Shown here: positions 10,547 to 20,244 of the stretch, piece after piece
How positions within the stretch are numbered: position 1 is the stretch's first letter
Layout: each line of letters starts with the position of its first letter
DNA from: Caldimonas sp.
GTDB taxonomy: Bacteria; Pseudomonadota; Gammaproteobacteria; Burkholderiales; Burkholderiaceae_C
Reading direction: 5' to 3'
Assembly: GCA_040007855.1 (NCBI GenBank)
Contig: JBDTUG010000001.1
Location: 4,102-68,101, forward strand
Length of the DNA stretch: 64,000 nt
Position numbers and translations under genes: made by a program
Notes under the pieces: model-generated
Seen by the model: only the letters and a program-made list of their open reading frames with translations
What the model was told of the DNA's origin: nothing
Database searches by the model: none

Positions 10547-10696
10547 GTGCCTTCCGTTCGAGAGGTCGACAACGCTGGCGACGCCTCGTGCGCAAACTTG
10601 CAAATCCGCACACTCGATTGTCGCCACTGCATCTCCGCGTTCGCATCAGATTTCATGCGGCAGCGTTAATCTGAAGTTATGCGTGAGCGGAAAGGG

Positions 10697-10912
10697 CTTG
10701 TCGAAGAAGGCCGTGACTTCGTCGCCGAGCTGCTTCAGGAACGCATCACGATCGAAACCCGGCGGGTTCGCGGCGACGTCGCCGTCCGGGCTGGGGATCG
10801 GCATGCTGGGCGGATCCATGAAGGCGAAGTGCCAGGCGTTGGGCAGCCGATGCAGGGTTCGGTGCGGGCAGATTGCTGGCGACCCATTCGGCATGAAATC
10901 GCGGCACCCAGG
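10697..10912 (-). pseudogene. Orphan 3' fragment of an alpha/beta hydrolase; direct-repeat copy of 19118-19331
   Basis: Encodes HFAFMD..SMPIPSPDGDVAANPPGFDR.AFL.QLGDE.TAFFDK, nearly identical to the end of the gene at 19106-20122; small indels, no 5' part. Confidence 0.85.
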
Positions 10913-10974
10913 CCGCAGTACGCGACGCCGCCTCCAGACCCTTCGCGTCATCGGCCGATCGCGACCCGGGCTCG

Positions 10975-11586
10975 TCAGGCGACGGGCGCCGGCTCGCCGA
11001 GGTTCTGCATCAGCCGGTTGGCCCAGCCGAAGATGGCCACGGCGTGCAGCAGGTCGATGATTTCCTCGTCGTTCATGCCGACGGCGCGCAGCGGCGCGAT
11101 GTCTTCGGCGGCCAGCGCCTGCGGCCGCACGGTGACGGCGATCGCGAAGCGGGCGATGGCGCGTTCGCGCTCGGTGGTGCCCGCGCTGGCCGGATCTTCG
11201 AACACCTGCTCCACCGTGTCGTGGCGCCGTGCCAGTTGGGCGAAGCGCTGTGCGTGCACCGAGGTGCAGTAGACGCAAGCGTTGGTCACCGAGACGAGCA
11301 TCGCGCCGAGCTCGCGCTCCGCGCGCGGCAGGCCGCCGGGCGCGTACATGATGGCGTTGTAGGCCGTGGAGCGGTGGCGCAGCATCAGCGGCTGGTGCGC
11401 GAGCGTCAGGTAGTAGGCCGAAGTGCGCGACTGGGGATGGCTCTCGTCGAGGACCTCGAGCTGCAGCGGGCTCGCGTTGGCGATCTCGAGAGGCTGCAGC
11501 CAGGAGTGCCACTCGAGCGACTCGTTGGTGAAGCCGTTGCGCCGGATCGGCGCAGGAGCTTGTTCGGCGGTGGCAGCGTCGCTCAT
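10975..11586 (-). CDS. Alkylhydroperoxidase (AhpD/CMD)-domain, peroxidase-related protein
   Basis: GGLPRAEREL, NACVYCTSVH (CxxC), FGWANRLM. Confidence 0.85.
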   Translation of the reverse strand: MSDAATAEQAPAPIRRNGFTNESLEWHSWLQPLEIANASPLQLEVLDESHPQSRTSAYYLTLAHQPLMLRHRSTAYNAIMYAPGGLPRAERELGAMLVSVTNACVYCTSVHAQRFAQLARRHDTVEQVFEDPASAGTTERERAIARFAIAVTVRPQALAAEDIAPLRAVGMNDEEIIDLLHAVAIFGWANRLMQNLGEPAPVA

Positions 11587-12074
11587 CGCGTTTCTCCATG
11601 GCTCGCACGCAGCGCCTGCAAACCGGCGACGACGCGCAGCTGGTACGACAGGAACGCGACGAGCTGGGCGAGCGCGACGATCGCCACGTCGTCGAGCCCG
11701 GCGCTCTTCAGGGACGCGAGGACGGCGTGGTCGCCGCGCCGCGGGTCGGCGATCAGCGTGGCCGCGAACTCGAGCATCGCGGGCAGGGCGCGCGAGGGCG
11801 ATGCGTCCTTTTCGGCAACGCCTGCCAGCAGATCGGCGTAGTGGGCAGCGAGGCCGGCCGCACCGGCGACGGTGCAGGCACGGATCGCGACGCGCAGGCG
11901 ATCGGCCGTGGAAAGACCCGCCACCGGCTGCAACAGCAAGGCGTCGTGGCTCGCCTGCGTGGCCTCGACGACCTTGGCGCGAAAGCGCCGCGCGGCATGC
12001 AGCGGATCGCCGGGCGCAAGGCCGGCGGCGAGATCGATCACGTCGGTATCGGGCATGGCAGAGGAGTCTCTCAT
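11583..12074 (-). CDS. CMD domain protein
   Basis: DVIDLAAGL...ATQASHDALL, IVALAQLVAFLSYQLRVVAGL; ATGA overlap with upstream gene. Confidence 0.75.
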   Translation of the reverse strand: MRDSSAMPDTDVIDLAAGLAPGDPLHAARRFRAKVVEATQASHDALLLQPVAGLSTADRLRVAIRACTVAGAAGLAAHYADLLAGVAEKDASPSRALPAMLEFAATLIADPRRGDHAVLASLKSAGLDDVAIVALAQLVAFLSYQLRVVAGLQALRASHGETR

Positions 12075-13516
12075 TCGGAGGGCAATGGCAGCGGCGAAGC
12101 GACCCATTCGTCGCCGAAGATCTCGGGCTCGCCGAAGGCCTCGATGCGCGCGAAGTGGACGTCGATGTCTTCGACGTACAAGAGCGCGGCGAGCTTGTCG
12201 GCGAGCAGAAGCGCGCCTTCGCTGATGGCCGGAATGTCGCCGGTGATGACGCCGAGCGAGAGCGTGGCCGGGTAGCAGAAGCAGTGCACGCGCTCGAGGC
12301 CGGGGCAGTCCGCGTCGAGGCGCGGCTGGAACTCGAATGCCGCGCCGAGGTCGGGCGACCCGGCGAGCTCGTCGTCTTCTTCGCCGGCGGGCGGCTGGTA
12401 GCGGTCCTTCCACAAGCGGATGTGCGGCGCGATGTGCCGCAGCATAGGCCGCTGCCGCCAGTCGACCCTGAATCCGGTGGCGAAGATCAGGAAGTCGAGC
12501 GCGAGCGACCCGGCCGAGGTGCGCACCTGCAGCGCCCCGCCCTCCTCGCTCACGCTCTCGATCGCGACGCCGACGTGAAAGTGCGCGTTGGCATGACGCG
12601 AGACGCGCAGCGTGCTGTTGCGCGGCGGCGGCACCTGCTGCTGGTTGATGTAGTGGCGAATGCGCCACTTCCAGTCGTCGGGCAGGCGGCCGTAGCCCTG
12701 CACGAAGCCCGGATGCGAGGCGCCCTTGCCCTTGTTGACGCGCGGAATGTCCGGCCGCCGCACGAGCAGGTGCACCTGGGCGGCGCCTGCTTCGAGCGCG
12801 GTCGCGGCGCTGTCCATCGCCGAGGCGCCGGCGCCGACCACGCCGACGCGCAGCCCGGCGAGCTCGGCATAGTCGTTGTCGTCGGCCGAATGCGCCCAGC
12901 GCTCGGGCGGCAGCACCTCGGCGAACGCCGGCACGCTCGGCCCGCCGAGGCCGGCGCGGCCGGTGGCGATGACGACGCGTCGCGCCCACGCCGTGAAGGC
13001 CCGGCCCTCGGCCTCGACGTGCAGCTCGACGCGACCATCGCCATGCGGCAGCAGGTCGGTGACGCGATGGCCGTTCAGCACGGGCAGGGCCAGCACGATG
13101 CGGTACCAGCGCAGGTAGTCCATCCATTGCAGGCGCGGGATCTTGTCGAGCTGCTCCCATGCCGCGCCGCCGAACTGCGCCTCGAACCAGGCGCGAAAGG
13201 TCAGCGAGGCGATGCCGAGCGCCGGCCCGGCGAGCTGCTTGGGACTGCGCAGCGTTTCCATGCGCGCGGTCGTGGCCCACGGACCTTCCATGCCGGCAGG
13301 AGCTTCGTCGTACGCGACGACGAAGAGGCCGCGCTGCACCAGCGCCGCGGCCAGGGCCAGGCCGGCCATGCCGGCGCCGACGATGGCGACGTCGGCGACG
13401 CGCTCTCCTTCGTGCCCGAGCGATGGTGTCCAGCGCGGCGCGGGCAGCTGCAGGCAGGCGAGCTCGTAGGCGAGGCGCACCTCGAGCGCCGCGAGGCCGC
13501 CGGCTGATGCGGTCAT
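12071..13516 (-). CDS. FAD/NAD(P)-binding oxidoreductase, HpyO (urate hydroxylase)-like
   Basis: Two Rossmann motifs (VGAGMAG, VGAGASA); GPWATTARMETLRSPK, FATGF, GDIPAIS. Confidence 0.8.
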   Translation of the reverse strand: MTASAGGLAALEVRLAYELACLQLPAPRWTPSLGHEGERVADVAIVGAGMAGLALAAALVQRGLFVVAYDEAPAGMEGPWATTARMETLRSPKQLAGPALGIASLTFRAWFEAQFGGAAWEQLDKIPRLQWMDYLRWYRIVLALPVLNGHRVTDLLPHGDGRVELHVEAEGRAFTAWARRVVIATGRAGLGGPSVPAFAEVLPPERWAHSADDNDYAELAGLRVGVVGAGASAMDSAATALEAGAAQVHLLVRRPDIPRVNKGKGASHPGFVQGYGRLPDDWKWRIRHYINQQQVPPPRNSTLRVSRHANAHFHVGVAIESVSEEGGALQVRTSAGSLALDFLIFATGFRVDWRQRPMLRHIAPHIRLWKDRYQPPAGEEDDELAGSPDLGAAFEFQPRLDADCPGLERVHCFCYPATLSLGVITGDIPAISEGALLLADKLAALLYVEDIDVHFARIEAFGEPEIFGDEWVASPLPLPSE

Positions 13517-13541
13517 TTGCGTCGAGACTATTGCGTCGAGG

Positions 13542-14528
13542 TCATTGCGTAGAGATGTGCGCATCCCGCACCAGACGACCCCACTTCTCGGTCTCGGCCG
13601 CCAGGTGCTCGGCGAGCTGCTGCGGCGTGCCGCCGAGCGTGGTGGCGCCCATGTCGGCAAGGCGCTTCTTCACGGCCGGATCGGCAAGGGCCTCGTTGGC
13701 CGCGGCGTTCAGGCGCGCGACGACCGCCGGCGGCGTGCCCTTGGGTGCGAGCAGCGCGAACCAGGTCGACGACAGGAGGCGAGGCTGCCCCAGCTCGGCC
13801 GTGGTGGGCACGTCGGGCAGGGCCGGCGAGCGCTGCGGCGCCATCACCGCGATCGCCCGCACCTTGCCGCTCTTGACCTGCCCGGCGATGCCGGGGATGA
13901 GCTGGAACATGAGCTGGATATCGCCGGCGATCAGGTTGGTGGTGGCGGTGCCCGGCGCGTTGTAGGGCACGTGAACCATCTGCGCGCCGGTCTCGCGCAT
14001 GTAGAGCTCGCCGGCCAGGTGCATCGAGCTGCCGATGCCGGTGGAGCCGAAGTTGAGCTTGCCCGGATTGGCCTTGGCGTAGCGCGCGAACTCGGCCAGG
14101 TCGTGCGCCGGCAGGTCGTTGTTGACGACCAGGATATTGGGCACGTCGGCCACCAGCAGGACCGGCACGAAGTCCTTCTGCGCGTCGAACGAGAGGTTCT
14201 TGTAGAGCGCCTTGTTCACCGCCAGCGTGCCGGCCCAGCTGAACAGGAAGTGGTAGCCGTCGCCCGGCGTCGCCGCCGCCGCGGTGGCGCCGATGTTGCC
14301 GTTCGCGCCGGCCTTGTTGTCGACCACGAAGCTGGCCTTCAGGCGCGTCTGCAACTCTTCGGCGAGGACCCGCGCGATCGTGTCGCCGGTGCCGCTGCCG
14401 CCGGGGGCGGGAACGATGAGCTGGATGGGTTTGCCGGGGGCGGGCCAATCCTGGGCGAGGGTCGGACTTGGGAGAAGGAAGGGCAGCAGCGCGGCCAGCG
14501 CTGCGGCGAAGGAGGAATGTCGGGACAT
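13542..14528 (-). CDS. Bug/TctC tripartite tricarboxylate transporter receptor
   Basis: Signal peptide; VVDNKAGANGNIG, HVPY, LPDVPT, WFALLAPKGTP. Confidence 0.9.
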   Translation of the reverse strand: MSRHSSFAAALAALLPFLLPSPTLAQDWPAPGKPIQLIVPAPGGSGTGDTIARVLAEELQTRLKASFVVDNKAGANGNIGATAAAATPGDGYHFLFSWAGTLAVNKALYKNLSFDAQKDFVPVLLVADVPNILVVNNDLPAHDLAEFARYAKANPGKLNFGSTGIGSSMHLAGELYMRETGAQMVHVPYNAPGTATTNLIAGDIQLMFQLIPGIAGQVKSGKVRAIAVMAPQRSPALPDVPTTAELGQPRLLSSTWFALLAPKGTPPAVVARLNAAANEALADPAVKKRLADMGATTLGGTPQQLAEHLAAETEKWGRLVRDAHISTQ

Positions 14529-14774
14529 CGTCAATGCCTTGGTGGTAGGGCGAGGCGCTATCTTTGCATGATGACGTGTGGCTGGTTTGGTCCGCGACGC
14601 AGGACTTGCGCGGGGGAGGTGGCGTCGACAGGTTGCGTCGCCCTTCGACCCATTGCAGGCACCCACCCATCGAGCGCCGCGGATGCCTTTGGCCTCGAGC
14701 TGCTGAGCAGCGCTTCAGCCCAGAACTTCCAGAGCCGTCTTGGAACTGGCCCGCCCGACAGCACTTGCACCGCG

Positions 14775-14970
14775 TCGCTGCATCACGCGTCCGGCTTTGG
14801 ACAACGAACGCGTGCAAACCGACGCTGCGGATCAGCTGGTGCTCGAGCTCAAGACCCCTTGGTGCGACGGCACCACCCACCTCGTGATGTCGCCGCTGGA
14901 GCTCATGCAGCGGCTGGCTGCCCGGGTGCCACGGCCACGCCTGCAACTCATCGCTTCCATGGCGTTCGCG
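14775..14970 (+). mobile_element. IS91/ISCR-family transposase remnant 1
   Basis: ITRPALDNERV...LKTPWCDGTTHLVMSPLELMQRLAARVPRPRLQLI, then FHGV in a shifted frame: ISCR-type Y2 transposase segment. Confidence 0.75.
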
Positions 14971-15078
14971 GTTGGCTTGAGCGAAGATCCTGGCGCGGCG
15001 CGGCCATCGCGGTGGTTCAATGCCGAGAGGCGCCGACCTGTCGTCGCGAGGACGCCCGTCGCCGCCGCCGAGGACCCG

Positions 15079-15903
15079 ATGAACGAAGACCTGCAGCGAA
15101 TGCACGACACGCTGGTGGGCGCCTTCATGGCGCTGTCGCCGGCCCTGTTCGTCGCCATTTTCGCCATCCTGCTCGGCCTGCTGCTGTGGGCGCTGCGCCA
15201 GGCGCTGCGCAACCTGCGCATCGGGCAGGCGGTGGCCAAGGCCCCGCTGGTGGACCTGCGCTCGACGGCGGCCGGGCTGGTGAAGATCCGCGGCACGGCG
15301 CAGCCGCCCGAGCCCCGGCCGGGCCGGGCGCCATCGTCGATCGTCTGGTACTCGCGCCACCGCCGCAGCGGCAGCGACACGAGCACGTTCAGCACCACCG
15401 ACAACTTCGTCATCCGCGACGCGCACGGCGACTGCGCGGTGAACACCGGCAAGACCACGATCCTGCCCTCGGCCTCGCTGGCCACCCAAGGCTTTCTCGA
15501 CAAGAGCCGCTCTTCGGTGGAAAGGGCCTTGTACACGGGCGATGCAGTGTTCGCCCTGGGCGCACTGCGGTCCGGCCTGCCGCCGCTGTCCGGCGTGGGC
15601 CACGCGCGCTGCCAGCTGGTGCGCAGCAGCGGCGTGCTGCTGGTCTCGGGCGCCTCCGAGCGCGAGGCAAAGGTGCTGCACGCGCTGTGGTCAATCGTCC
15701 AGGCGCCGCTGGCGCTGCTGTGCCTGGGGCTGCTCGGCTTCGGAACCTGGGCGCACCTGATCGGCTACCCGCCAGGCAACGACGGCCCCGCAGCCACCTT
15801 CCTGGAAGCGCTGCGCACGACACCCTGGAAGGGTGAGGCCGGGCCAGACCACCCGCTGTGGCTGAAGACACCGGCAGTACCCGCTTCGCGTCCGCCGCCC
15901 TGA
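15079..15903 (+). CDS. Hypothetical membrane protein, GIDE-domain-like
   Basis: N- and C-terminal TM helices around LRSTAAGLVKIRGTA...FVIRDAHGDCAVN...GDAVFALG; GAGGA RBS; strong GC3 bias. Confidence 0.6.
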   Translation: MNEDLQRMHDTLVGAFMALSPALFVAIFAILLGLLLWALRQALRNLRIGQAVAKAPLVDLRSTAAGLVKIRGTAQPPEPRPGRAPSSIVWYSRHRRSGSDTSTFSTTDNFVIRDAHGDCAVNTGKTTILPSASLATQGFLDKSRSSVERALYTGDAVFALGALRSGLPPLSGVGHARCQLVRSSGVLLVSGASEREAKVLHALWSIVQAPLALLCLGLLGFGTWAHLIGYPPGNDGPAATFLEALRTTPWKGEAGPDHPLWLKTPAVPASRPPP

Positions 15904-15904
15904 A

Positions 15905-16158
15905 CACCGGTGGCCATCGCCGACAGCCGGCTCGTCGCCATGGACGAGCACGGCGTCACGCTTGGCTGGAAGGACTACAGAGCCAAGGGTAAGACGCGCC
16001 ACAAGACGATGACGCTCGGTGCCGACGAGTTCATGCGTCGCTTCCTGCTGCACGTCTTGGCCGGCGGATTTCATCGCATTCACCACTACGGGCTGCTCGC
16101 CAACGGCAACCGCAAGACCAACAGGCGCCACTTTCGTATGCGGAAGCGAGCCGGCTGA
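15905..16158 (+). mobile_element. IS91-family (IS801/IS1294-like) transposase remnant 2
   Basis: VAIADSRL...WKDYRAKG...MTLGADEFMRRFLLHVL.GGFHRIHHYGLLAN. Confidence 0.85.
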
Positions 16159-16237
16159 GGCCAGTCCGTTCCTGTTCCTTGGACAATCACGCCGTCCAGG
16201 GTACGGCAGGAATCCTGGAGGCATCAGGCACTTGCCA

Positions 16238-17578
16238 ATGGGCCATGCAGAGTTTCAGCCGAGGAGAAGCCGCTTGATCGAAAGGCTCGCACGGCGACTG
16301 CCGTTCTACTACGGGTGGGTTGTCGTCGGGGTTGTCTTCGTGACGATGGCGATCTGCGTGAACGCACGCACGGCTTTCTCGTTGCTCTTTCCGCCGATCC
16401 TCGACGAGTTCGGTTGGGAGCGCGGCGTGACCGCCGGCGCGTTCTCGTTCGGCTTCATCGTCTCCGCCGTGCTGAGCCCGCTGCTGGGCCGGCTCATGGA
16501 CCGTCGCGGGCCGCGCTTCGTGATGGAGGTGGGCGTCGCCGCCACGGCTGGGGGCCTGATGTTCGCGACCTTCGCGGGCGAGCCTTGGCATGTCTACCTC
16601 ACGTTGGGCCTGTTGGTTGGCGCGGGCACGACGTTCACCGGTTACACCGGCCAGGCACTCTTTCTGCCGAACTGGTTTGTGCGGCGCCGCGGGCTCGCGA
16701 TGAGCATCGCCTTCGCCGGAGTGGGGTTCGGCTCCATCGTGCTGCTCCCCGCGCTGCAGACACTCGTGGAGCGAAACGGCTGGCGTGCCGCGTGCGTGCT
16801 GCTAGGCCTGGTGGCGCTCGTCGTCCTTGTGCCGCTCAACCTGCTTCTCAGGCGGCGGCCCGAGGACCTCGGCCTGGCGCCGGACGGAGACGCGGACACG
16901 CCCGCGGCGGCGAAAGCCCGACGGGTGAACGTGGTGGACCCCGCCTGGGCGGCCATCGACTGGACACTCACACGCGCGATGCGCACAGCGCGGTTCTGGT
17001 GGATCGCGGTGGCCTACTTCGCTGCGCTCTTCTCGTGGTATGCCGTGCAGGTGCACCAGACCAAGTACCTCACCGAGACCGGCTTCAGCGCCCAGGAGGC
17101 CGCATGGGCCCTCGGCGCCGTCAGCCTTGCCGGCGTGCCGGGGCAGATCGCACTCGGCTGGCTCTCGGACCGTATCGGGCGCGAGATTGTCTGGGCGATC
17201 GGCAGTGCCGGGTTCTGCATCACCTATGTCGCGCTGCTCGCATTGCCGTCGTATCCGGGTATCCCACTGCTTTACACGATGGTGGTCGCGCAAGGCGCGC
17301 TGGGCTACGGCCTCACGTCGGTCATCGGCGCCATCCCTGCGGAGATCTTCGAAGGCAAGCACTATGGGCCGATCTTCGGGACGCTGATGCTCAGCGCACT
17401 CGTGGGTGGCGCGGTGGGCCCGTGGTTCATGGGGTTCGTGCACGATCGAACCGGCAACTACACGCTGGCGTTCTGGGTCGCCATCGGCTGCTCGGTGCTG
17501 TCGGCGTTCGCGATCTGGCGTGCTGCGCCCAGCGGCGTGCGAGTCGTTGCCGGCCGGGTGCGGGCAGTGCAGGAGTAG
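16238..17578 (+). CDS. MFS transporter
   Basis: About 12 TM segments; FYYGWVVV, GRLMDRRGPR, NWFVRRRGLA, GWLSDRIGRE. Confidence 0.9.
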   Translation: MGHAEFQPRRSRLIERLARRLPFYYGWVVVGVVFVTMAICVNARTAFSLLFPPILDEFGWERGVTAGAFSFGFIVSAVLSPLLGRLMDRRGPRFVMEVGVAATAGGLMFATFAGEPWHVYLTLGLLVGAGTTFTGYTGQALFLPNWFVRRRGLAMSIAFAGVGFGSIVLLPALQTLVERNGWRAACVLLGLVALVVLVPLNLLLRRRPEDLGLAPDGDADTPAAAKARRVNVVDPAWAAIDWTLTRAMRTARFWWIAVAYFAALFSWYAVQVHQTKYLTETGFSAQEAAWALGAVSLAGVPGQIALGWLSDRIGREIVWAIGSAGFCITYVALLALPSYPGIPLLYTMVVAQGALGYGLTSVIGAIPAEIFEGKHYGPIFGTLMLSALVGGAVGPWFMGFVHDRTGNYTLAFWVAIGCSVLSAFAIWRAAPSGVRVVAGRVRAVQE

Positions 17579-17968
17579 GGCGAATGCCGGGATGTCCTAT
17601 CGTTGCCGGTGAGCACCCCGGCGTGCGTCCGCACCGCTGCCCCCGGAGTTGCGCCACGTGAAGCGCGGCCTCGAGGATGCCGGCATGACGACGAAAGAGC
17701 ATCGAAGACCACGGCTTCTATGCCTGCGATGCCCATCTGGAGGACGAGCCGATCCGCGCCCTGGGGCGAGAAGTGCAGCGGCGTCGTCCATGCCGAGCTT
17801 CCGACAAAAGGCGCGCCGTACTGGAAGGGCCCCCAGTCGTCGCTGGCAGCCTGAGATCTCCTCCATGTTTACCAGCGTTCCGCGACCCAGTTTGCCCGGC
17901 GATACTCACCGTGCGGGCTCGCGCGAGACCATCGAACCAGCCCTTTCACACCAGACCACGAGGTGACC

Positions 17969-18778
17969 ATGCGATCTATTTTTCTCATCTCAGCTTTCGC
18001 GGCCAGCCTGTTGTCTGTGCCGTCGGTCAGGGCGCTCGAGACCTTCAAGGTCTACGACCTGTTCAGTACGTTTCCGCTCGATCCCGAGCGGTGGGCCGAT
18101 ACGGAGCGAGTGCGGCTGATCACAGGCGACGGAAGCGTGCGCTTGATGCAGCGCACCTGGGGAACCCGCAGCTCCGACGCTGGCGTTACTGCGCAGAGCT
18201 GGTCCACGAATTTCTCGAACCCGGCCACCATCAATGAGATGAAGGCACGGATCACGGTGAACGCGATCGACGTCAAGACCTGCGCGAGCAACCCTGCCGT
18301 CACTGAATCGCGGGCCCGGATCATCGGAGGCTTCTTCAACGTCGGCACGCCGACGCCCGGCTCGCAGGCGAACGACGTGATCGCTCAGGTTCGGCTGAGC
18401 CGGGCCTCCAACTCGTCGGATCCGGCCGGCCTGCTCCATGTCCAGGGCATCCTGTCGCTCTGCGTATCCGCCGACTGCAACAGCGCCTCCACCATCGGCA
18501 ACATCGTCGACCTGGGCACCGTCAAGGTCGGCGCACCAGCCACGGTGCAGATCCAGTGGGACCAGCCCGGGAAGACGTTCCACTTCGCCCGCAGCGGCAG
18601 CACTACCGCGGCCGGCACGGTGGCATACGCGCAGAGCGACGCCAGCCCGCCCAGCGTGTTGTTCAGACAGCTATCGACGCGCGTCACGCTGGCGAACTGC
18701 CAGTCGGCCCCGCGGGTCAAGGGCATGGTTGACGCGGTTTTCGACAACGTCTACGTCAACCAGTCGGCGCTGCCTTGA
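17969..18778 (+). CDS. Secreted hypothetical protein
   Basis: GAGG RBS; signal peptide ending VRA-LE; Ser/Thr-rich, beta-rich, 4 Cys; no family recognised. Confidence 0.7.
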   Translation: MRSIFLISAFAASLLSVPSVRALETFKVYDLFSTFPLDPERWADTERVRLITGDGSVRLMQRTWGTRSSDAGVTAQSWSTNFSNPATINEMKARITVNAIDVKTCASNPAVTESRARIIGGFFNVGTPTPGSQANDVIAQVRLSRASNSSDPAGLLHVQGILSLCVSADCNSASTIGNIVDLGTVKVGAPATVQIQWDQPGKTFHFARSGSTTAAGTVAYAQSDASPPSVLFRQLSTRVTLANCQSAPRVKGMVDAVFDNVYVNQSALP

Positions 18779-19105
18779 AAAACCGGCCGCGTGGAGGAAC
18801 CCCTTGACGTAACGCCGTCAACTGCCCGCTGGAGGGCAGAGTCGCCCATTCGGCTGGGTCCAGTGCAGGGGCGTTCCGGGCACGGGCGGCGCCGCACGAA
18901 CCGTATGACCAGCTCGCCGCGTGTGTACGGAATCGCGACGCGATCGACGCGGCGACGCGGAATGCCTACTTGGAGGATTGCAGCAGGGCGCGCTGTTCAC
19001 CCGGGAAGGGCCAGTGGCCCTGGCCTCGGGTATGGTCTAGCGTCACAAGTCGTGTATCGCGAGGTCTGTGCCGAAGCCCACCGCGAGGCTGTCCAGCGCT
19101 GGTAA

Positions 19106-20122
19106 CTAGGGGAAGGTCTTGTCGAAGAAGGCCGTAATTTCGTCGCCGAGCTGCCTCAGGAACGCAGCGCGATCGAAACCCGGCGGGTTCGCGGCGACGT
19201 CGCCGTCCGGGCTGGGGATCGACATGCCGGGCGTATCCATGAAAGCGAAGTGCCCGGCGTTGGGCACCCGATGCAGGTTCGGTGCGGGCAGATTGCTGGC
19301 GACCCATCCGGCATGAAATCGCGGCACCAGGAAACGATCGAGCTCTGCCACGTAGATCATGGTCGCCGGCCGAACCGTGGCGAGCGATTCGGCGGTGAGC
19401 AGCACACCGGCCGGGGCCATCGCGACGATCGCCCGAACGCGCTCGTCCCTGAGCGCGGCCGTGGTTTCGGGTAACGGCGACATCGCCCCCACCGAGCGGC
19501 CCACGCCGCAGAAGATCGGGTCTTCGGATGCTTCGGCCTGGCAGTGCTTCCTCATCCGGGACAAATCCGGCCTGGCTCCCGCCAACGCCAGCACCGTGTA
19601 GCCGCCGGCCGAGTGTCCAAGCGCACCCACGCGAGGCCCCTGGCTGTCGGCCGCAATCCGATCCTTCCACCCTGGATCGGCCAGGATCGCGTCGATGACC
19701 CGGGAAGCTTGCCGCGGCCGCTCGTCGAAATAGCGCTCGTGGCCGTTCTCGATCAGGGACCGATCCTGCCAGTTGTCGCCAGGATGACGGAGTGCCGCGA
19801 CCAGATAGCCGCGCCGGGCGAGGGCTTGCGCCAGGACGCTGTGCCCGAGCTCGCTGCCGCCGATGCCATGACTGAGCAGGATCAGCGCCGTGACCTTGTC
19901 TGCGGGCTTGCTGCCGATGGCGGCGTCGAGCGCGAACGGTCCCATGGCGATGGCTCGCGGCGCGGCCGTCGTGGGGTAGTACAGCGCGACCGTCGTCGTG
20001 GGCGCATCCGGTGTCGTACCGGCCACCTGGATCTGCATCCAGCCGGCCTCGTAGGCGTGCGCGTGCGCTGCGACAAGCAGGGTGGCCAGCGAGGCCAGGA
20101 GGCACCGAAGAAGGCAGGTCAT
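19106..20122 (-). CDS. Exported alpha/beta hydrolase (predicted dienelactone hydrolase-like)
   Basis: Signal peptide AHA-YE; LSHGIGG, HPGDN, nucleophile elbow GHSAGG, AGHFAFM. Confidence 0.85.
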   Translation of the reverse strand: MTCLLRCLLASLATLLVAAHAHAYEAGWMQIQVAGTTPDAPTTTVALYYPTTAAPRAIAMGPFALDAAIGSKPADKVTALILLSHGIGGSELGHSVLAQALARRGYLVAALRHPGDNWQDRSLIENGHERYFDERPRQASRVIDAILADPGWKDRIAADSQGPRVGALGHSAGGYTVLALAGARPDLSRMRKHCQAEASEDPIFCGVGRSVGAMSPLPETTAALRDERVRAIVAMAPAGVLLTAESLATVRPATMIYVAELDRFLVPRFHAGWVASNLPAPNLHRVPNAGHFAFMDTPGMSIPSPDGDVAANPPGFDRAAFLRQLGDEITAFFDKTFP

Positions 20123-20244
20123 GGGGTATTCCAGATCGTCGTGGTGTTCCATTGTCGGAACCGGCTGCGAGGGAACAACATGGCTTGCGACGAAGCGCGG
20201 GCCGGGAAGCGCGAATCGACCGCCGGTGGTCGCCGGCAGCGTGC

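Noticed and set aside
10646-11608. 320-aa ORF ending in the hydrolase-like tail
   Set aside because: Chimera of an alternative frame of the AhpD gene and the duplicated fragment
13545-15836. 763-aa plus-strand ORF and many other long overlapping ORFs (e.g. 11423-13507, 24639-26381, 32734-34542, 38798-40657)
   Set aside because: Antisense or alternative-frame shadows of recognisable genes; Arg/Ala/Pro-rich, expected at high GC
14740-15903. Single 387-aa transposase-membrane fusion protein
   Set aside because: The transposase part is a short internal, frameshifted fragment; a separate RBS and ATG at 15079 explain the membrane gene
17585-17860. Possible gene remnant after the MFS gene
   Set aside because: Some coding-like stretches, but no family could be assigned with confidence
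18804-18821. TTGACG...CGTCAA inverted repeat as an FNR box
   Set aside because: Spacing is 8 bp, not 4, and no clear downstream gene
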